Notes: generated from the letters alone by a model not told the origin. A stretch of DNA of 41,781 nt from Chiloscyllium plagiosum (GCF_004010195.1 NC_057759.1:7008058-7049838), one strand, 5' to 3'; positions 1-12,629 are shown, numbered from the stretch's first letter. Program-made: numbers and translations.

Positions 1-701
1 TGTGAGAGAGAGAGTATGTGTGTGAGAGAGAGAGTGTGTGTGTGAGAGAGAGAGTGTGTGTGTGAGAGAGAGGGAGTATGTGTGTGAGAGATAGAGTGTG
101 TGTGTGAGTGAGAGCGAATGCATGTGTGAGGGGGAGGGTTACCTGTCTGTTACCTGTCAACTCAGCGTTGTGGCTGTGATGGAGTCAATGTGGCATTTTC
201 TGTTTAGCGTGCACACACCCTCATCACTGTCGGGTCAACTCGTTGCTGGGGACCAGGTTGATGACATTACCAATTTCATTTCCACACGGATCTGCCTCAC
301 TCCACACGGTGCCTTTAGAGTTGAGATTAGCCCGGCTGTCGGTCACATGTTTCACAGCAGGCTGGTTACTGTCGGATGGGGAGCTCACCCAGATGGATTG
401 AAGCAGAGATCGGTCAGTCAAGATTGAAACTGTCACCAGCACAGAGGCAATGGACTGAAGGTCCTCCCTCTGTGCTCTCCCGTTTCCATCACTCCAAAAA
501 TTAAATCCTTATCAATCCCGAGAGCGTGGTCACCAACTCAACTCGCTTCATGTTAAAGGAAGATGATTTTTTTTACATTTATTCATGGGAAGTGGGCGTC
601 ACTGTCTGGGCTAGCGTTTATTGAACCCATCCCTAATTGCCCCAGCGGCTTTTAAGAGTAAATGACACAGAATCGTCGAGGTCTGCAGTACAGAAAAAAT
701 G

Positions 702-891
702 AGCTGAAAATGTGTTGCTGGAAAAGCACAGCAGGTCAGGCAGCATCCAAGGAACAGGAGAATTGACGTTTCGGGCATAACCCGAAACGTCGATTCTCCT
801 GTTCCTTGGATGCTGCCTGACCTGCTGCGCTTTTCCAGCAACACATTTTCAGCTCTGATCTCCAGCATCTGCAGTCCTCACTTTCTCCTCC
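702..891. mobile_element. Palindromic non-autonomous Penelope-type insertion with 14-bp TSD
   Basis: Near-perfect inverted repeat 701-855 (gagctgaaaatgtgttgctggaaaag...cttttccagcaacacattttcagctc). TSD gtacagaaaaaatg at 688-701 and 892-905. Confidence 0.8.
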
Positions 892-1214
892 GTACAGAAA
901 AAATGGCCCATCAGCCCATTGAGTCCGTGCTGGTCAATAGCAGCTCCCTCACTATTTTCTGATTCCAATTTTCCAGCACTTATCTCATAGCCTTGGCATC
1001 GTGAGTGCACGTGTACATCCTTCTTCAATGTGATGAGAGTTTCTGCCTCTCCCACCCTTACACGCAGTGAGTTCCAGATTCCCCACTACCCTCTGAGTGA
1101 ACAAGATCACACCCCTCTCTAAAACTCTTGCCCCTTACCTTCAATCACATACTCCTTCTCTTACAGTCTCTCATGCATTATCTCCCACTCACACATTTTC
1201 TCTCACACACACAA

Positions 1215-2090
1215 GACTGGTGCTGTAGTGGACAGTGAAAGAGGTTATCTGGGAATGCAGTGAGATGTGGAAGTGGGTCAGTCGGCTGAGGAATAGCGGA
1301 TAGAATTCACTTTGGAAAATTCTAAGGTGCTTCATCTTGCTAAGTCAAACCAGGGCTTCCACACCCTGGAGAGTGTTTTAGAACAAGGAGATCTAGGGGA
1401 ACAGGTTCAATGCTCCTTGAAAATAGAGTCAAAACAGGTCGGTGAAGGAGGCTTTCTTTATTATGTGCGTTCATCGGCCAGACCATTGAATATAGGATTT
1501 TGGATGTCTTTTTGCAGCTGTACAAAACATTGGTGAGCCCACATTTGGGGTACTGTGTGCAATTCTGGCTGCGCTACTATAGAAAAGATATTTTTAAACT
1601 AGAAACAGCGCAGAAAAGACTTACTACGATGTTACCTGGACTGGAGGGCTTGAGATATAAGGAGTGTTTGGGTAAGCTGGGACTTCGTTGCCTGTACTTT
1701 AGGAGACTGCGGGGTGACCTTGTCGATGTCTATAAAGTCATAACTGGCATAGATAAGTTGGATAGCTGGCAGCTTCTCCCCATTTTAGGGAATCCAAAAT
1801 CAGAGTGTATAGGTTTAATGTAAGAGGAGAGAGATATCAAAGAGCTAAGAGGTGCAATTCTTTCACGTAGAGAGTGTGAATGTCTGGAACAGGTTGCCCG
1901 GAAGAGTGGTCGGAGCAAGTACAGTTTTATTATTTCAGAAACATTAAAGCAGGTGCATGAATTGGAGAGGTATGGAAGGATATGGACCAAACACAAGCAA
2001 ATGGGATTAGTCTAACTTGTGAAAACTGGGTGCAACGGGCAAGTTGACCCTGCGGGCCTGTTTCCATGCTGTGGATATTTATGACTCTAT
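1215..2090 (+). mobile_element. CR1/HER1 LINE 3' fragment
   Basis: Translation LQLYKTLVSPHLGYCVQFW...KLETAQKRLTTMLPGLEGL...RRLRGDL is typical of the CR1 ORF2 C-terminus. Counterpart in the inverted arm at about 37970-38240. Confidence 0.85.
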
Positions 2091-2127
2091 GTCTCTACTC
2101 TCTCCCACACTCTGTCTTGCACGTAAT

Positions 2128-2164
<37 letters not shown>

Positions 2165-2984
2165 CATCACCCATACTCTCACACTTTCTCACACAAGCAC
2201 ACACAGCCTCACCCACACACTCTCTCACACACACACATTCTCACTCACATGCACAGTCTATGTCATACACTCTGTTTCACACAATTCCTTTCTCTCAAGC
2301 ACACTCATGCTCTCTCTATCACACACACGTCCTATTTATTCATGAAGCCATCCCCTGCCTTTTATCAGAAACAAGCCAGCTAAAGATACAGCCACTGGAA
2401 AGAAGAGGAAGTCTGGGAATTCTGTGAAAAATTGACTCGCTGTGCAGCCAGCAATTAAACTACCAATATACAGAAAACAGAGGCCTAAAGTAACAGCCAA
2501 ATGGATAAGTTGCAAATAGAGTGTCATGGGCAGATTAGCAAAACTTCCAAAAAAGTCAATAGAAAGCGGAACACAAATGATTGTTTTAAACGTAAATACG
2601 AAAGAAGATTTGAATCCAGGCTGGGACAGATTAGGAACAGAAAGAGGGGACAAACAATGCAGGTTTGTGGCGAATGCTGATTTTGCAGAGAGGTGCGAAC
2701 TAGATTATCTTGTTCCTCTGGGAATGCATATCAGCCACTGAGTAAGATTAACATAAGATCTCCCCACCTCTAATCTGCAATTCTGTCTGATGTTGTGGTG
2801 CATGATAAACACCTTCAATAACACCAACTGCACTTTGCAAATGTAATGAGATCGTCTGAAGACCTCAAGCAGTTTAAACAACCAGTCGTTGCGATCTAGG
2901 TGTTGTTTGGATTCCAGAGGTTGAAGCAACTTTTGAAAAAGATAAAACACACTCCCACGGAGAAATTCCTTATCAGAGGATTCT

Positions 2985-3670
2985 GGAAGTCATCGTCAGT
3001 GAGTCACAAAAATCGCATCAATGTTTAGCAGGTCCGAGGGAAGGCAAACAGCCTTTATTTCAACGGGAATAATGGATAAAAGTTCGTAAGTTTTACAAAA
3101 ATAAGCTATACAAGACATTAGTCTGACAACAGCTGAATGACTGTGAATAGTTTTGGGGATCCTTATTTAAAAGATAGACTGGGCATTGGAGACAGTCCAG
3201 AGAAGGTTCACTCAGCTGATCCCGAGTATGGAGGGACTGTCTGACGAGGGAGAGGTTGGGTAGTTCGGGCCTGTTTTTAGTGGAGTTTCGAAGAAAGAGA
3301 GGCGACCTTATTGAAGATTTTTAGAAGGATTTTACGGGGGAGATGTGGAGGGAGGTTATCTTCTCTTATCTGGGAGACGCCAGGTCAGAGGCACGTCGTC
3401 TCAGAATAAAGAATAGCCGCTCATTGAATTTGAAGATGAGGGGGAATTGCTTACAAACGAGGGGAGTGAATCTGTGGAATTCTTTACGACAGAGGGCTGT
3501 CGAGGCTGGGCCTTTCAGTATATTCAAGGCTGAGATAGAGAGATTTTAAATCAGGAAAAGGAATGGAGGATTAGCAAAGTAGAGTTCAGAGTGATCTAAT
3601 CATCCACAATCTGTTTAAATGGCAGAGCAGATGCTATGGGCTGAATGGACCACTCCTAGTCCTATATTCA
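2985..3670 (+). mobile_element. CR1 LINE 3' fragment
   Basis: gtccagagaaggttcac, VNLWNSL motif, gggctgaatggaccactcct tail. Counterpart at about 36240-36920 (-). Confidence 0.8.
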
Positions 3671-4253
3671 TATGGACCCCATTCCCATATACTGTAGTCA
3701 CATAATCCTGTGTTTCCTTTCCGACAGAGCGATGACAAGTTAGTTTGAAATGTGTCACTCCCGTCTTTCCTCTTCACTTGAACAGCAGTGGACATACTTG
3801 AAGCAGGCGTGGGACAATTGGCATCTGATAGAAAAATACACTTTGTCAGGTTAAAAAGCAACATAGTGCAGGATTCTGGAAATCTGAAACCAACACAGAG
3901 AGCACTGGAGAAACTCAGCAGGTCTGGCGGCAGCTCTGAAGAGCGAGGAAATAAAAAGAGTAAATATTGAAGTGTATAAACACAGAAAGTGCTGCAAAAA
4001 ACTCGGCAGTCTGGCAAAATCTGTGGACGGAGAGAAAAGCTGAGGTAATGATGCAGGTTATACACGCAGGGAGTGTTGGAGAAACTTAGAAGGTCTGGCC
4101 ATATCTGTGCAGAGAGACAGAGAGGAAGAGATTTAGCATTTTGAATGTGTAGATTCTACATCAGTCGTCTTGCCTTGCTGGCATGTGTTTCTATCAGATA
4201 AGAAGCTCACTGTGTCACCTGATGCAGCTTAGTTCCTTTTCTTTATATTTCAG

Positions 4254-4284
4254 TTGCAGGCAGTCCATTAGAGTTGCCTTGGTG
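4254..4284 (+). pseudogene. Paralogous leader mini-exon, 31 nt (2 nt shorter, frameshifting)
   Basis: ttccttttctttatatttcag|TTGCAGGCAGTCCATTAGAGTTGCCTTGGTG|gttagt aligns to the 33-nt exon at 35590-35622. Confidence 0.5.
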
Positions 4285-4639
4285 GTTAGTATCATGTCCT
4301 CTTGTCTCAAAGCCAAGGTTATCTCACAGATGCCTTTAGTGTTTCCCTGTAACCCTACAGAGCTGCAGACCGATGTGCAAAAGCCCAACCCTGATCTCCC
4401 CCTTTAGATTGTCTCGCTGGTGCCTGACATGGGTGGGTCATTATTGGGGTCCGTACCTCAAGGGTCATGTACCCTTTGGAAAGGCTGTGCACAGGTTAGT
4501 CATACTTTTCTGCCTTATTAATGGAAGAGAAAGTGGAAGAAAAACTGGAAGCAATCCACTCCCTTTGAAGAATATATTGTAGAAATCGATCCTGATGCAA
4601 AGCCCGCTAATGAATGAAATAGAAATGCCTGAGATGTTA

Positions 4640-5125
4640 CGGTAAGGATGCTATTGACCTGTAAAGGGTGCAGTAAAGTTTGGAAAGGATGCTACCAGTA
4701 CTGAAAGATTTGAGTTATAGAGAGAGGCTGGATAGGTTGGGACTTCTTTCCCTGGAGCATCTGAGGCTGACGGGTGACCTTCAAATCATGAATAAGATCA
4801 TGAGGGGCACGGATAGGGTGAATAGCCAAGGACGTTCCTCCAGATAATGGAGTCCAACACTGGAGGGCAATGGTTTAAGGTGAGAGGGGCAAGATTTACA
4901 AGGGGCCGAAGGGGAACGTCTTCACACAGAGGGCGGTGCATGTATGGACCAAGCCTCCAGAGGAAGTGGTAAAGTGGTAACATTTAAAATACATTTGTAC
5001 AGGTACATGGATAGGAATGTTTTGCAGAATATAGGCCAACTGCAGGTAAATGGGACTAGTTTAGTTTGGGAAACATGGTCAGCATGGACGAGTTGGGCTG
5101 AAGGGCCTGTCCCCATTATGTATGA
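4640..5125 (+). mobile_element. CR1/HER1 LINE 3' fragment
   Basis: gagaggctggataggttgggact...gggctgaagggcctgt tail. Counterpart at about 34730-35190 (-). Confidence 0.8.
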
Positions 5126-5569
5126 TTTGACGTCTGCTGAACTCCCTTTACTGCTCGCAGTTAAAGTGCGAAAATTGGCGGAAAGGGGGATGTTGAGAGA
5201 AATCAGTTTGTAGCACGCTCGGGGAGATAGATCATCTCAGGCTGTAAGTATCGAGTTAGAAATGGTTTGGGTGGGATCTTTCCCAGCTCACTAACACCAC
5301 GGACTCATTTATTTTGCTTTTGAGGAAAGCCAAAGGAGACATTAATTGCCTCCTTGAAGTAATTACCCTCCCAGAGAGGGAAACGTCGATTTAGCATTTG
5401 GATTCCACGCAATCATGCATATGATTGCCTTTTGCCTGCTCATTTTCTCTAAGATACCGTTACAGACTTCTATATAAATGAAACATTGTGTGTATTTGTC
5501 TATCAGATCAATCATAAGCAAATTAGATGTCAGAGCCATGTTGTTCAGACGACATAGAAAGAGAGACGT

Positions 5570-6345
5570 GGTAGAATTGAGGGAGAGATGGGGGAGAGAG
5601 ATGTGGGCTGGTTTGAGGGAGGCACATGGAGAGATGGGGGCAGGATTGAGGGACGGAGATGGGGAAGGATTAAGGGAGAGGTAGAGAGAGATAGATGGAG
5701 CAGGATTGAGAGAGAGAGATGCGGTAGGATTGAGGGAGAGAAAATGGAGCCTGATTAAGAGAGAGAAATAAGGCAGGATTGAGCGAGAGAGATGGGTTCA
5801 GGATTGAGGGAAAGTGAGAGGGGTGGGTATATAATTGAGGGAGAGAGATGAGGAAAGAATTGAGGGAGACATATAAGGGCAGGATTGAGGCAGGGAGATG
5901 GGTGCAGTACTGATCGACCGAGATGGGGGCAGGATTGTGTGAGTGAGATAGGGGAAGGACTTAGGGATACACAGAGAGATGTGGCCAGGATTAATGGAAA
6001 CAAAGACAGGGAGAGATGGGAGCAGGATTGAGGAAACAAGATGGAGACAGGATTGAGGGAGAGGGAGAGCTTTGAGGCAAGATTAAGGGAGAGAGATGGG
6101 GCAGGATTGAGGGAAAGAGATGGGGTTGTAATTGAGAAAATGAGAGAGAAAAAGAGAAAGAGATAGCGGCAGGATGGAGGCAGAGAGATATAGATGGGGG
6201 GATTGACAGAGAGAGAGAGATGGGGCAGAATTGAGGGAGTGAGAGATAGATTTGGCATGTTTGAGGGAGTGAGGTGGGGGTAGAATTAAGAGAAAGAGAG
6301 ATAGTGCAAAATTCAGGGAGTGAGAGATAGATTAGGGAAAGAATT
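5570..6345. repeat. Purine-rich minisatellite, approx. GGGGCAGGATTGAGGGAGAGAGAT
   Basis: Many tandem variants; a shorter reverse-complement counterpart lies at 33940-34255. Confidence 0.85.
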
Positions 6346-6429
6346 GTAGCTATCAGGAGGGGTTGTCGTTGTATTCCTCGGAACAGAGTTGCCATGGTTA
6401 AGCGATATAAAATAATGAGTACTAAATTG

Positions 6430-6635
6430 TAAGTTGCTGATGAAGGAGCAGACCTCTGAAAGCTAGTACTATCAAATAAACCTGCTGGAATAAAACCTGG
6501 TGCTATGTGATTTTTCACCAAACAGCGAGAGGTAGAGAGTCAAGATTAAGTGGTGCTGGAAAAGCACAGCAGATCAGGCAGCATCCAAGGAGCAGAAAAA
6601 TCTACGTTTCAGGCAAAAGCCCTTTATCAGAAATA
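6430..6635. mobile_element. Two adjacent decayed Penelope-type terminal-repeat fragments
   Basis: ctgatgaaggagcagacctctgaaagctag...aaacctg (family of 16865), followed by gtgctggaaaagcacagcagatcaggcagcatccaagg (family of 702). Confidence 0.6.
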
Positions 6636-6790
6636 AGGGCTCATTTGAGTTTGCACCGAGCAGAAACAACCAGCTAACAATTCTTATCCTGATCAGACAG
6701 CATTTCATTTGTATAAATGGATCATTGTAGCAGAGAGGCTGCCATCTTCACCTTTATAACCACATCATTCTCAATTTCTTCATGTTGCAG

Positions 6791-7002
6791 GACTGCTCTT
6801 TGTTTTATCGTCCCACAAGTAACTGTTTTCTTTAAATACAATCGTATACCTCTTTCAGAATTGGTTTTAATTTTCTACAAAGAGGTTTACATTTTCCTGA
6901 TAATCCTGACGATGCTTTACCCAAAAAAGCAAGAAATCTGCCTGCAATTGTCACATTGTATCAATGACGTCGAATGTCCATCCTTCAATGCAGTGATGAA
7001 AG
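6791..7002 (+). pseudogene. Possible heavily decayed Ig exon of the plus-strand paralogue
   Basis: Acceptor ttcttcatgttgcag and consensus donor AAG|gtaagt. IFYKE and terminal AVMK(G) in one frame, LYQ*RR (for YQC) in another. No clear first Cys. Confidence 0.3.
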
Positions 7003-8579
7003 GTAAGTAAAAAGCCAAAATTGGTTGTTTGTAAAACTGTTCATTTTGTTTTCAAGCAGAGTTAACTGTGTCGCTTGTTCAATAAATTAAATTTGACAGG
7101 TTAAATATTCTGCACTGCATAACTGAAAATAAAATTCAGTTTGCATTCCTCCTCCCTGCCATACAGCAACATAAGAGCATTGCAGAGAATGCATCAGCAC
7201 ACTACAGGGTAGGGTAATGCCCTTTCTAAATTAGAAAATAGAAGTGAATTATTCAATTGCCTTTTCTGTACAAGGAACATTATGCTCACTCAGCGCCAAT
7301 GCAATTGAACTGCTCATCGCACTTTCACTTAGATTTAAATGGACTCAGTTTACACTGATTGTTACTTCAGCAGCATTCAGAAAAGTACATCACTGTGCAC
7401 TGAAACAAAAGAAAACTAATGGTATTCTGAACACTAACACTTTTATGTCATCACTCTGTGTTATATTCTGCACGACGTAAGATACAGAATTCCATTGTGT
7501 TTCCTACTTAACTTGACTCTGATGAATAGCATAGTCTCCCTTCTATAGCAGTGTGTTACATTTTTACTTGCAAGCGATTCCTACAGGCAGCAACAATTAA
7601 AGAACTTCGGCTGTTTCCCATTCACTACAGGAGACGTGAACTGAGATACAGAGTGGCAGCACAAGAGAAATCTCACTGACACACAGCCAGTGGATGCTGC
7701 AAAGAAAAAAACAAAGAAATTTAGCCTCAATTGCTTCCAATATGAATTGACGCTCAAAACCACTGATCACGGCTGAGGATATCAAATTATTACAGTGCTC
7801 AGTAGTGAATCATAAAGTCCATTTTACACACACACACACACACACACATACACACGGACACACACACGGACACACACACAGTGAAAAGAAAATGAGACTG
7901 AAATGCAATACAACTTAATGCCATTGAAACGAGTTTATTTACAGAGTTTATGCTGCACTTAGACACAAAACTACAGCTGAATATAGGAGAATAGAGCGAA
8001 ATTCATCAAAACTGGGACTATACTTATTAAAAGTCAGATAAGTGCAGAACTAATGTCAAATTTTCCTTTTTACAGCGACAATGAGTAGATGAAGTTCACA
8101 TTTCAAAATTTCCTGCAGAATTGATGCATAATGCAATGGCACAGTACAGACATAATAGGCTGAATGGTCTGCTCCTGTGCTGTAGCATATCAGTTTTTCT
8201 GATGTCGGGTAGAAAGGCGATGACTTGCTGTTGTGTTGTGTATTGATTTTTTAAAAATCATGCAGGAATAGACTGACATGCAGAATAAAACTCTAACACC
8301 CACACAAAGAAAAACAAAAGTGTCTGGGTCCAAAATGAAACCAGATGTCTCGGTTTGAACTGACTGTCAACAGAAACAGGAAACGTGTGCCCCTGATTCG
8401 AAATGTTTCTCAGAATAAAGCATTCCACCTTCTGCCGTCGCCCTATGTATTCTCTCCCCACTCACCTCCGCAGACTGACAGACAACTCATAAATTACAAA
8501 CTGCAGAAGATATTAAGACCCAGTCTCTAACTATCACGGACTGAATCACACAACACAGCGAATATCAGAGAACTAGGCC

Positions 8580-9150
8580 ACTTTGATACACAAGAGTAGA
8601 AACTCCGAAGTACAGACTGATATTTACACTCGCTCATTCATTTTGCAGAAACAAACAAATGATGGAATACAGTTACTGCGATGCAAATGTGTTACTATCA
8701 GTCTCCATCGATCCGTTTCTGTTCAATTAAGTCACATATTCGCAATAGAGTAACTGTCATGGATAGATTAGTAACCACTCTCTCATTCAAAAAGTTAAAA
8801 CGGACAGGAACAGAATGATAACTACGTTCCCAGTTTCACAGAGCTTAAACGGACAGGCACAGTCTGATGACGATACTCATATTCACAGAGCAAAATCTCA
8901 CAGATACATATTGTCACGTGCACTGTTCACGTTCACCAAACTGGAACTGACAGATAGAAATCGATAAGTAAATTCACATATTGACAAGGCAGAAAATGAA
9001 AGTTATAGATTGGTAACTGCATTCGCATACTCACACAGGAGAAACTGAGAGGTACGGATTAATATTGACAATCTCAATTCACAGCCCGAACAGACCCGTA
9101 CATGCACTCATAGCCACGTCGAAGAAAATGACAGTTACAAATTGATAACT
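8580..9150. repeat. Decayed about 49-bp tandem array
   Basis: Adjacent units aaacggacaggaacagaatgataactacgttcccagtttcacagagctt / aaacggacaggcacagtctgatgacgatactcatattcacagagcaa, with further degenerate aa(c)tgacag..a.agattgataa..ttcaca units. Confidence 0.65.
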
Positions 9151-10015
9151 ACATTGGTTATGTAAATGATTAGGGGTTGGCTGTTGAGGATATAATCTCT
9201 AAATTTGCAGGGAGAATAGTGAATTGTGTGAATGACGCTGAGAGACTTCACAGGGTTATTGACAAGTTGGACAAATGGGCAGAAACTGGCAGATGAATTC
9301 CAATGCAGAGAAATGCAAGGTAATGCATTTTGCTACCAGAAACACACGGCAACAATGCTGGTTCAATGGAACGTCTTTGAGGGGAGTAGTGGAGCAAAGG
9401 GATATCAGGGTTCACGTGTAGCAATTTGTGAAGGTGGCCAGGCAAGTTGAAACTGTTGTGAAGATGGCTCAAAGAATCCACGTGGTCAGAAATAGAGGCA
9501 TCGAGTATAAAACCGAGGAAGCGATGTTACACCTCTACAAATCATTGCTCAGATCACATTTGCGTTTAGTTCTCGGCACCTTATTTAAAGAAAGATGTTC
9601 AAGCCCTGTAGAGTGTTCTTTGGAGATATACTAATATGATAACAGGAACTAAGGATTTTATATGCATGGAAAGATTAGTGATATAGTGCTTATACTTCTT
9701 GGAGCAGAGAAAATTAAAGGGGAAGTTTATGACGGTATTCAACATTATGAAGAATTTTGACAGGGGAAAGAAGAATGTTCTCTTTCTACTCGTTGGTATA
9801 TCAGTAACCGGGGTCACAATTTCAAGATTGTCAGCAAGTGAGCTAAGAGTGAGATAAGGATAAATTTCTTTGCTCAAAGAGTTGGTCAGATTGGAATGTG
9901 CAGCCTGAGATCGTTATAGAGGTAGATTCCATGTGATGTATGTAAAGAGAGCTTGGCATGTACTAAATGTGATGAAGTTAGAGGGCAATAAAGATAGGGC
10001 TGGAGAATGATCCTG
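9150..10015 (+). mobile_element. CR1 LINE ORF2 3' fragment
   Basis: tctaaatttgcag (SKFA) and RNRGIEYKTEEAMLHLYKSLLRSHL; decayed. Confidence 0.8.
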
Positions 10016-10914
10016 TTATTATATCTAGCTCAACATATTTTTAGGAAAATATTTAGAGTTCATTTAATTCATTGGCTTATCTACCTCGACCAATTGACCA
10101 GGAGATCAAAAGGATATGCAAGATAGGAATGGCCAGCACAAAATCGCAAATCTCTCTCATCAAAGGTTAGTTCGCACAACAGTGGAATAAATTGAACCAC
10201 TGAGTGTTGTGCGCAGGACACATATTCAAGTGGCTTCTCAAGACAAGTCCGTCTTTGGAGTTGACATCTTGCTGAGTGAATTGAGACAAAGCCTGGCCTA
10301 GTCACAGTCAAAAGAAAGATTGAGCAGTTTAGGCCGATACGCTCTGGACTTTAGAGGAGGAGACAAAGTCTCATTGAGGGATGTAAGATGCCAGAGGATG
10401 TGGGATTGACAAAGGAAATGGAGAGAGGATGTTTCCTCATGTTGGACAATCTAGAACGAGAAGGTTATTGTTTCAGGAGAAAGGAGTGAGACAGATTGAA
10501 AACAGAGATGGGGAAGAATGCTTTTTCTCCAAGGGAGAGGGAGTGGGAATCTGTGGGATTCAGCAGAATTCTCACCACAACCCTCACCCCCCCCCCCCCC
10601 ACACACACACACACCGGCTGCAAAACGCACACAGTGTGTGGAACATGTCGGGACACAAAATAAGACAGATTGTTAATCAGTGATGGATTAAAGGAAACGA
10701 GTGCAGGAAACTGGAGTTGAGGCTGAGATGATATCAGCCACAGCGGATAAAACGGGGGAAAGCAGGCTCCCGAGGGCTCCCGTATGTTGTGTTGGTCGTC
10801 CAGCTGCCTAAAGACGTTTTAGTGTGGGTGACTCATAGCATGTGCTCAGAAAGCTCTAAATTTGACGGACTCACCTGTGCGATGCATCACAGGCTATTAA
10901 TCACTCAGTAACCA

Positions 10915-11785
10915 AGACCACAAGATTTAACAGACATTCGGCCATCAAGTCTGCTCCGCCATTCCATCATGACTATTATGTTTCTCAATCCCATTCTCCT
11001 ACCATCTCTCCGGAGCACTTGATACCCTTACTGATGAAGAACTTATCTATCTCTGTGTTAACAACATTTAATGGCAGACCTCTATGGTAATAAGTTCCAC
11101 ACATTCCCCACTCTCTGGTTGAAGAAATTCCTCCTCATCTCAGGTCTAAAGGGTCGTCCCTTGAATATGAAGCTGAGCCCTTAGGTTCTAGTCTATCCTA
11201 CCCGTGGAAACATCTTTTCCATGTCCACTCTCTCCGGGCCTCTCCAATCTGTAAGTTTCAATCAGATTCTCCCTCATCCTTCTAAACTCCATTGAGTCCA
11301 GACCCGGAGTCGTCAACCTCTCCTCATTTGACAAATTCCTCCGCCCTGGGATCTTTCTTGTAAACCCCCTCTGGACTCCCTCCAAGTTCAGCACATCCTT
11401 CAGTCGAGGGCCCAAAACTGCTTCCAATATTTCAAGTGCAGTCTCAGCAGTACATCACTGGTCTTGCATTATAACCCTCTCTAAATGAAATCTAACATTA
11501 CGTTTGCCTTCCTAACTGCCAACCAGACCTGCCTGTGAACCTGAAGATAATCCTGAACTCGGACTCCAAAGTCCCATTGTGCCTCCCATTTCCCAAATCT
11601 TTCCCCATTTAGAACACAGTCTATGCCTCTAATTTTCCTACGAAAGTGCATGACCGCCTACTCTCCTACATTCTATTCTATCTGCCATTTCGTTTCCCAC
11701 TCCCCAAACCTGTCTTGGTCCTTCTGCAGCCTCCTGCTTCCTCAACACTACCTGTCCTTCCATCTATCTTTGTGTCGTCAGAGAA
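10915..11785 (-). mobile_element. CR1 LINE 3' fragment
   Basis: FSDDTKIDG and KDVLNLEGVQRGFTRKIPG...RRMRENLIETY. Confidence 0.85.
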
Positions 11786-12247
11786 ACACTCACGGCAATG
11801 AGATGGCAATGCTCCCCATGTGAATGATACGAGGCCCAGAGCAAATGGCTCCTTGCCCCAGAGCCCAATGGCAGAACATGCCACTTCAGACATTAAGCTG
11901 TTGCACTGTGGCAATAATCAGCTTGATGCTCCAGGGCCCAAAATTCCCTCAAAATAAGATGAACAATATAGCAATTAACCATCAGCGTAACATTCTTCCT
12001 TCAATTCACATCGCCCTGTTGTCAATTTAGTTGACACAGAGGGAACATGAGTATGATTTAGATGAATAGCAAACACTATTGGTTATTAATAAATTCAAAC
12101 GATGTTCGCTCCATTACTATGGGCAAGCGAAACACCAGCGATGTTTATAAGTGGCTGGGTCTTTTGAGGGTTTGAGATAAACCACAGAAAATCTCCACTT
12201 TCACTGCGCCAGAAATGTGATAACAATATATTCATTGTATCCTTTAC

Positions 12248-12313
12248 CATCTTTTCATGGCTTTGAGATAGTCACGACCGAGTACACCAAACTGCCAATT
12301 ATTATTGAGTCAT
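12248..12313 (-). pseudogene. Cytoplasmic ITIM exon, (D)DSIIIGSLVYSVVTISKP*KD
   Basis: Acceptor tgtttctctatattag, donor G|gtaaag. 66 nt, phase 1-1. LVYSVV (12273-12290) matches (I/V/L/S)xYxx(L/V); TGA at 12255-12257. Confidence 0.72.
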
Positions 12314-12629
12314 CTAATATAGAGAAACAATAAGCAAAGTGAATCGAAGAATTAGAGAACAGAATGTTAAAACAACAACTAACGATGCATTAAAATTAAT
12401 TATGGAGTGATAATTAGGGTCAGCCAACCAACCCAGCAGTAATGTAAACTTAAGTTCTTGGCTCTATGTCAACCTTGTTCAAAGTAGATTATGGACCAAA
12501 TGACTGAATAACGTTGTATGGGTATTTTTCGTCAACGTTCACTATTAAGTTTGCACCCACTTTCCCAGAACAAACTAACAATGGGAAAGGTGGAGGCCCT
12601 GACAAAATTTAAAATTTTAAAAAAATATT

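Larger units (their letters stand above)
140..6350 (+). repeat. Left arm of a diverged inverted segmental duplication (copy of the gene's 5' region)
   Basis: Block-by-block reverse-complement similarity, in conserved order, to about 33940-38960: 400-650 vs 38440-38700; 2400-2970 vs 36930-37520; 3700-3830 vs 36080-36215; 4170-4420 vs 35420-35710; 5150-5540 vs 34320-34710. Confidence 0.9.

Noticed and set aside
98..442. ORFs at the window start
   Set aside because: No recognisable domain, and the frame is not conserved in the inverted copy at 38690-38960.
2705..4425. Alternative gene on the opposite strand within the duplicated arm (for example DANCPTPASSMSTAVQ, VASTSGIQTTPRSQ)
   Set aside because: Frames, stops and donors disagree between the two copies; the other orientation fits the Ig gene better.
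5755..6521. 167- and 176-aa Leu/Ser/Pro ORFs
   Set aside because: Products of the purine-rich minisatellite.
7275..7421. Plus-strand candidate TM exon for the paralogue
   Set aside because: Hydrophobic runs are interrupted by charged residues, splice sites are weak, and there is no similarity to the TM exon at 18804-18905.
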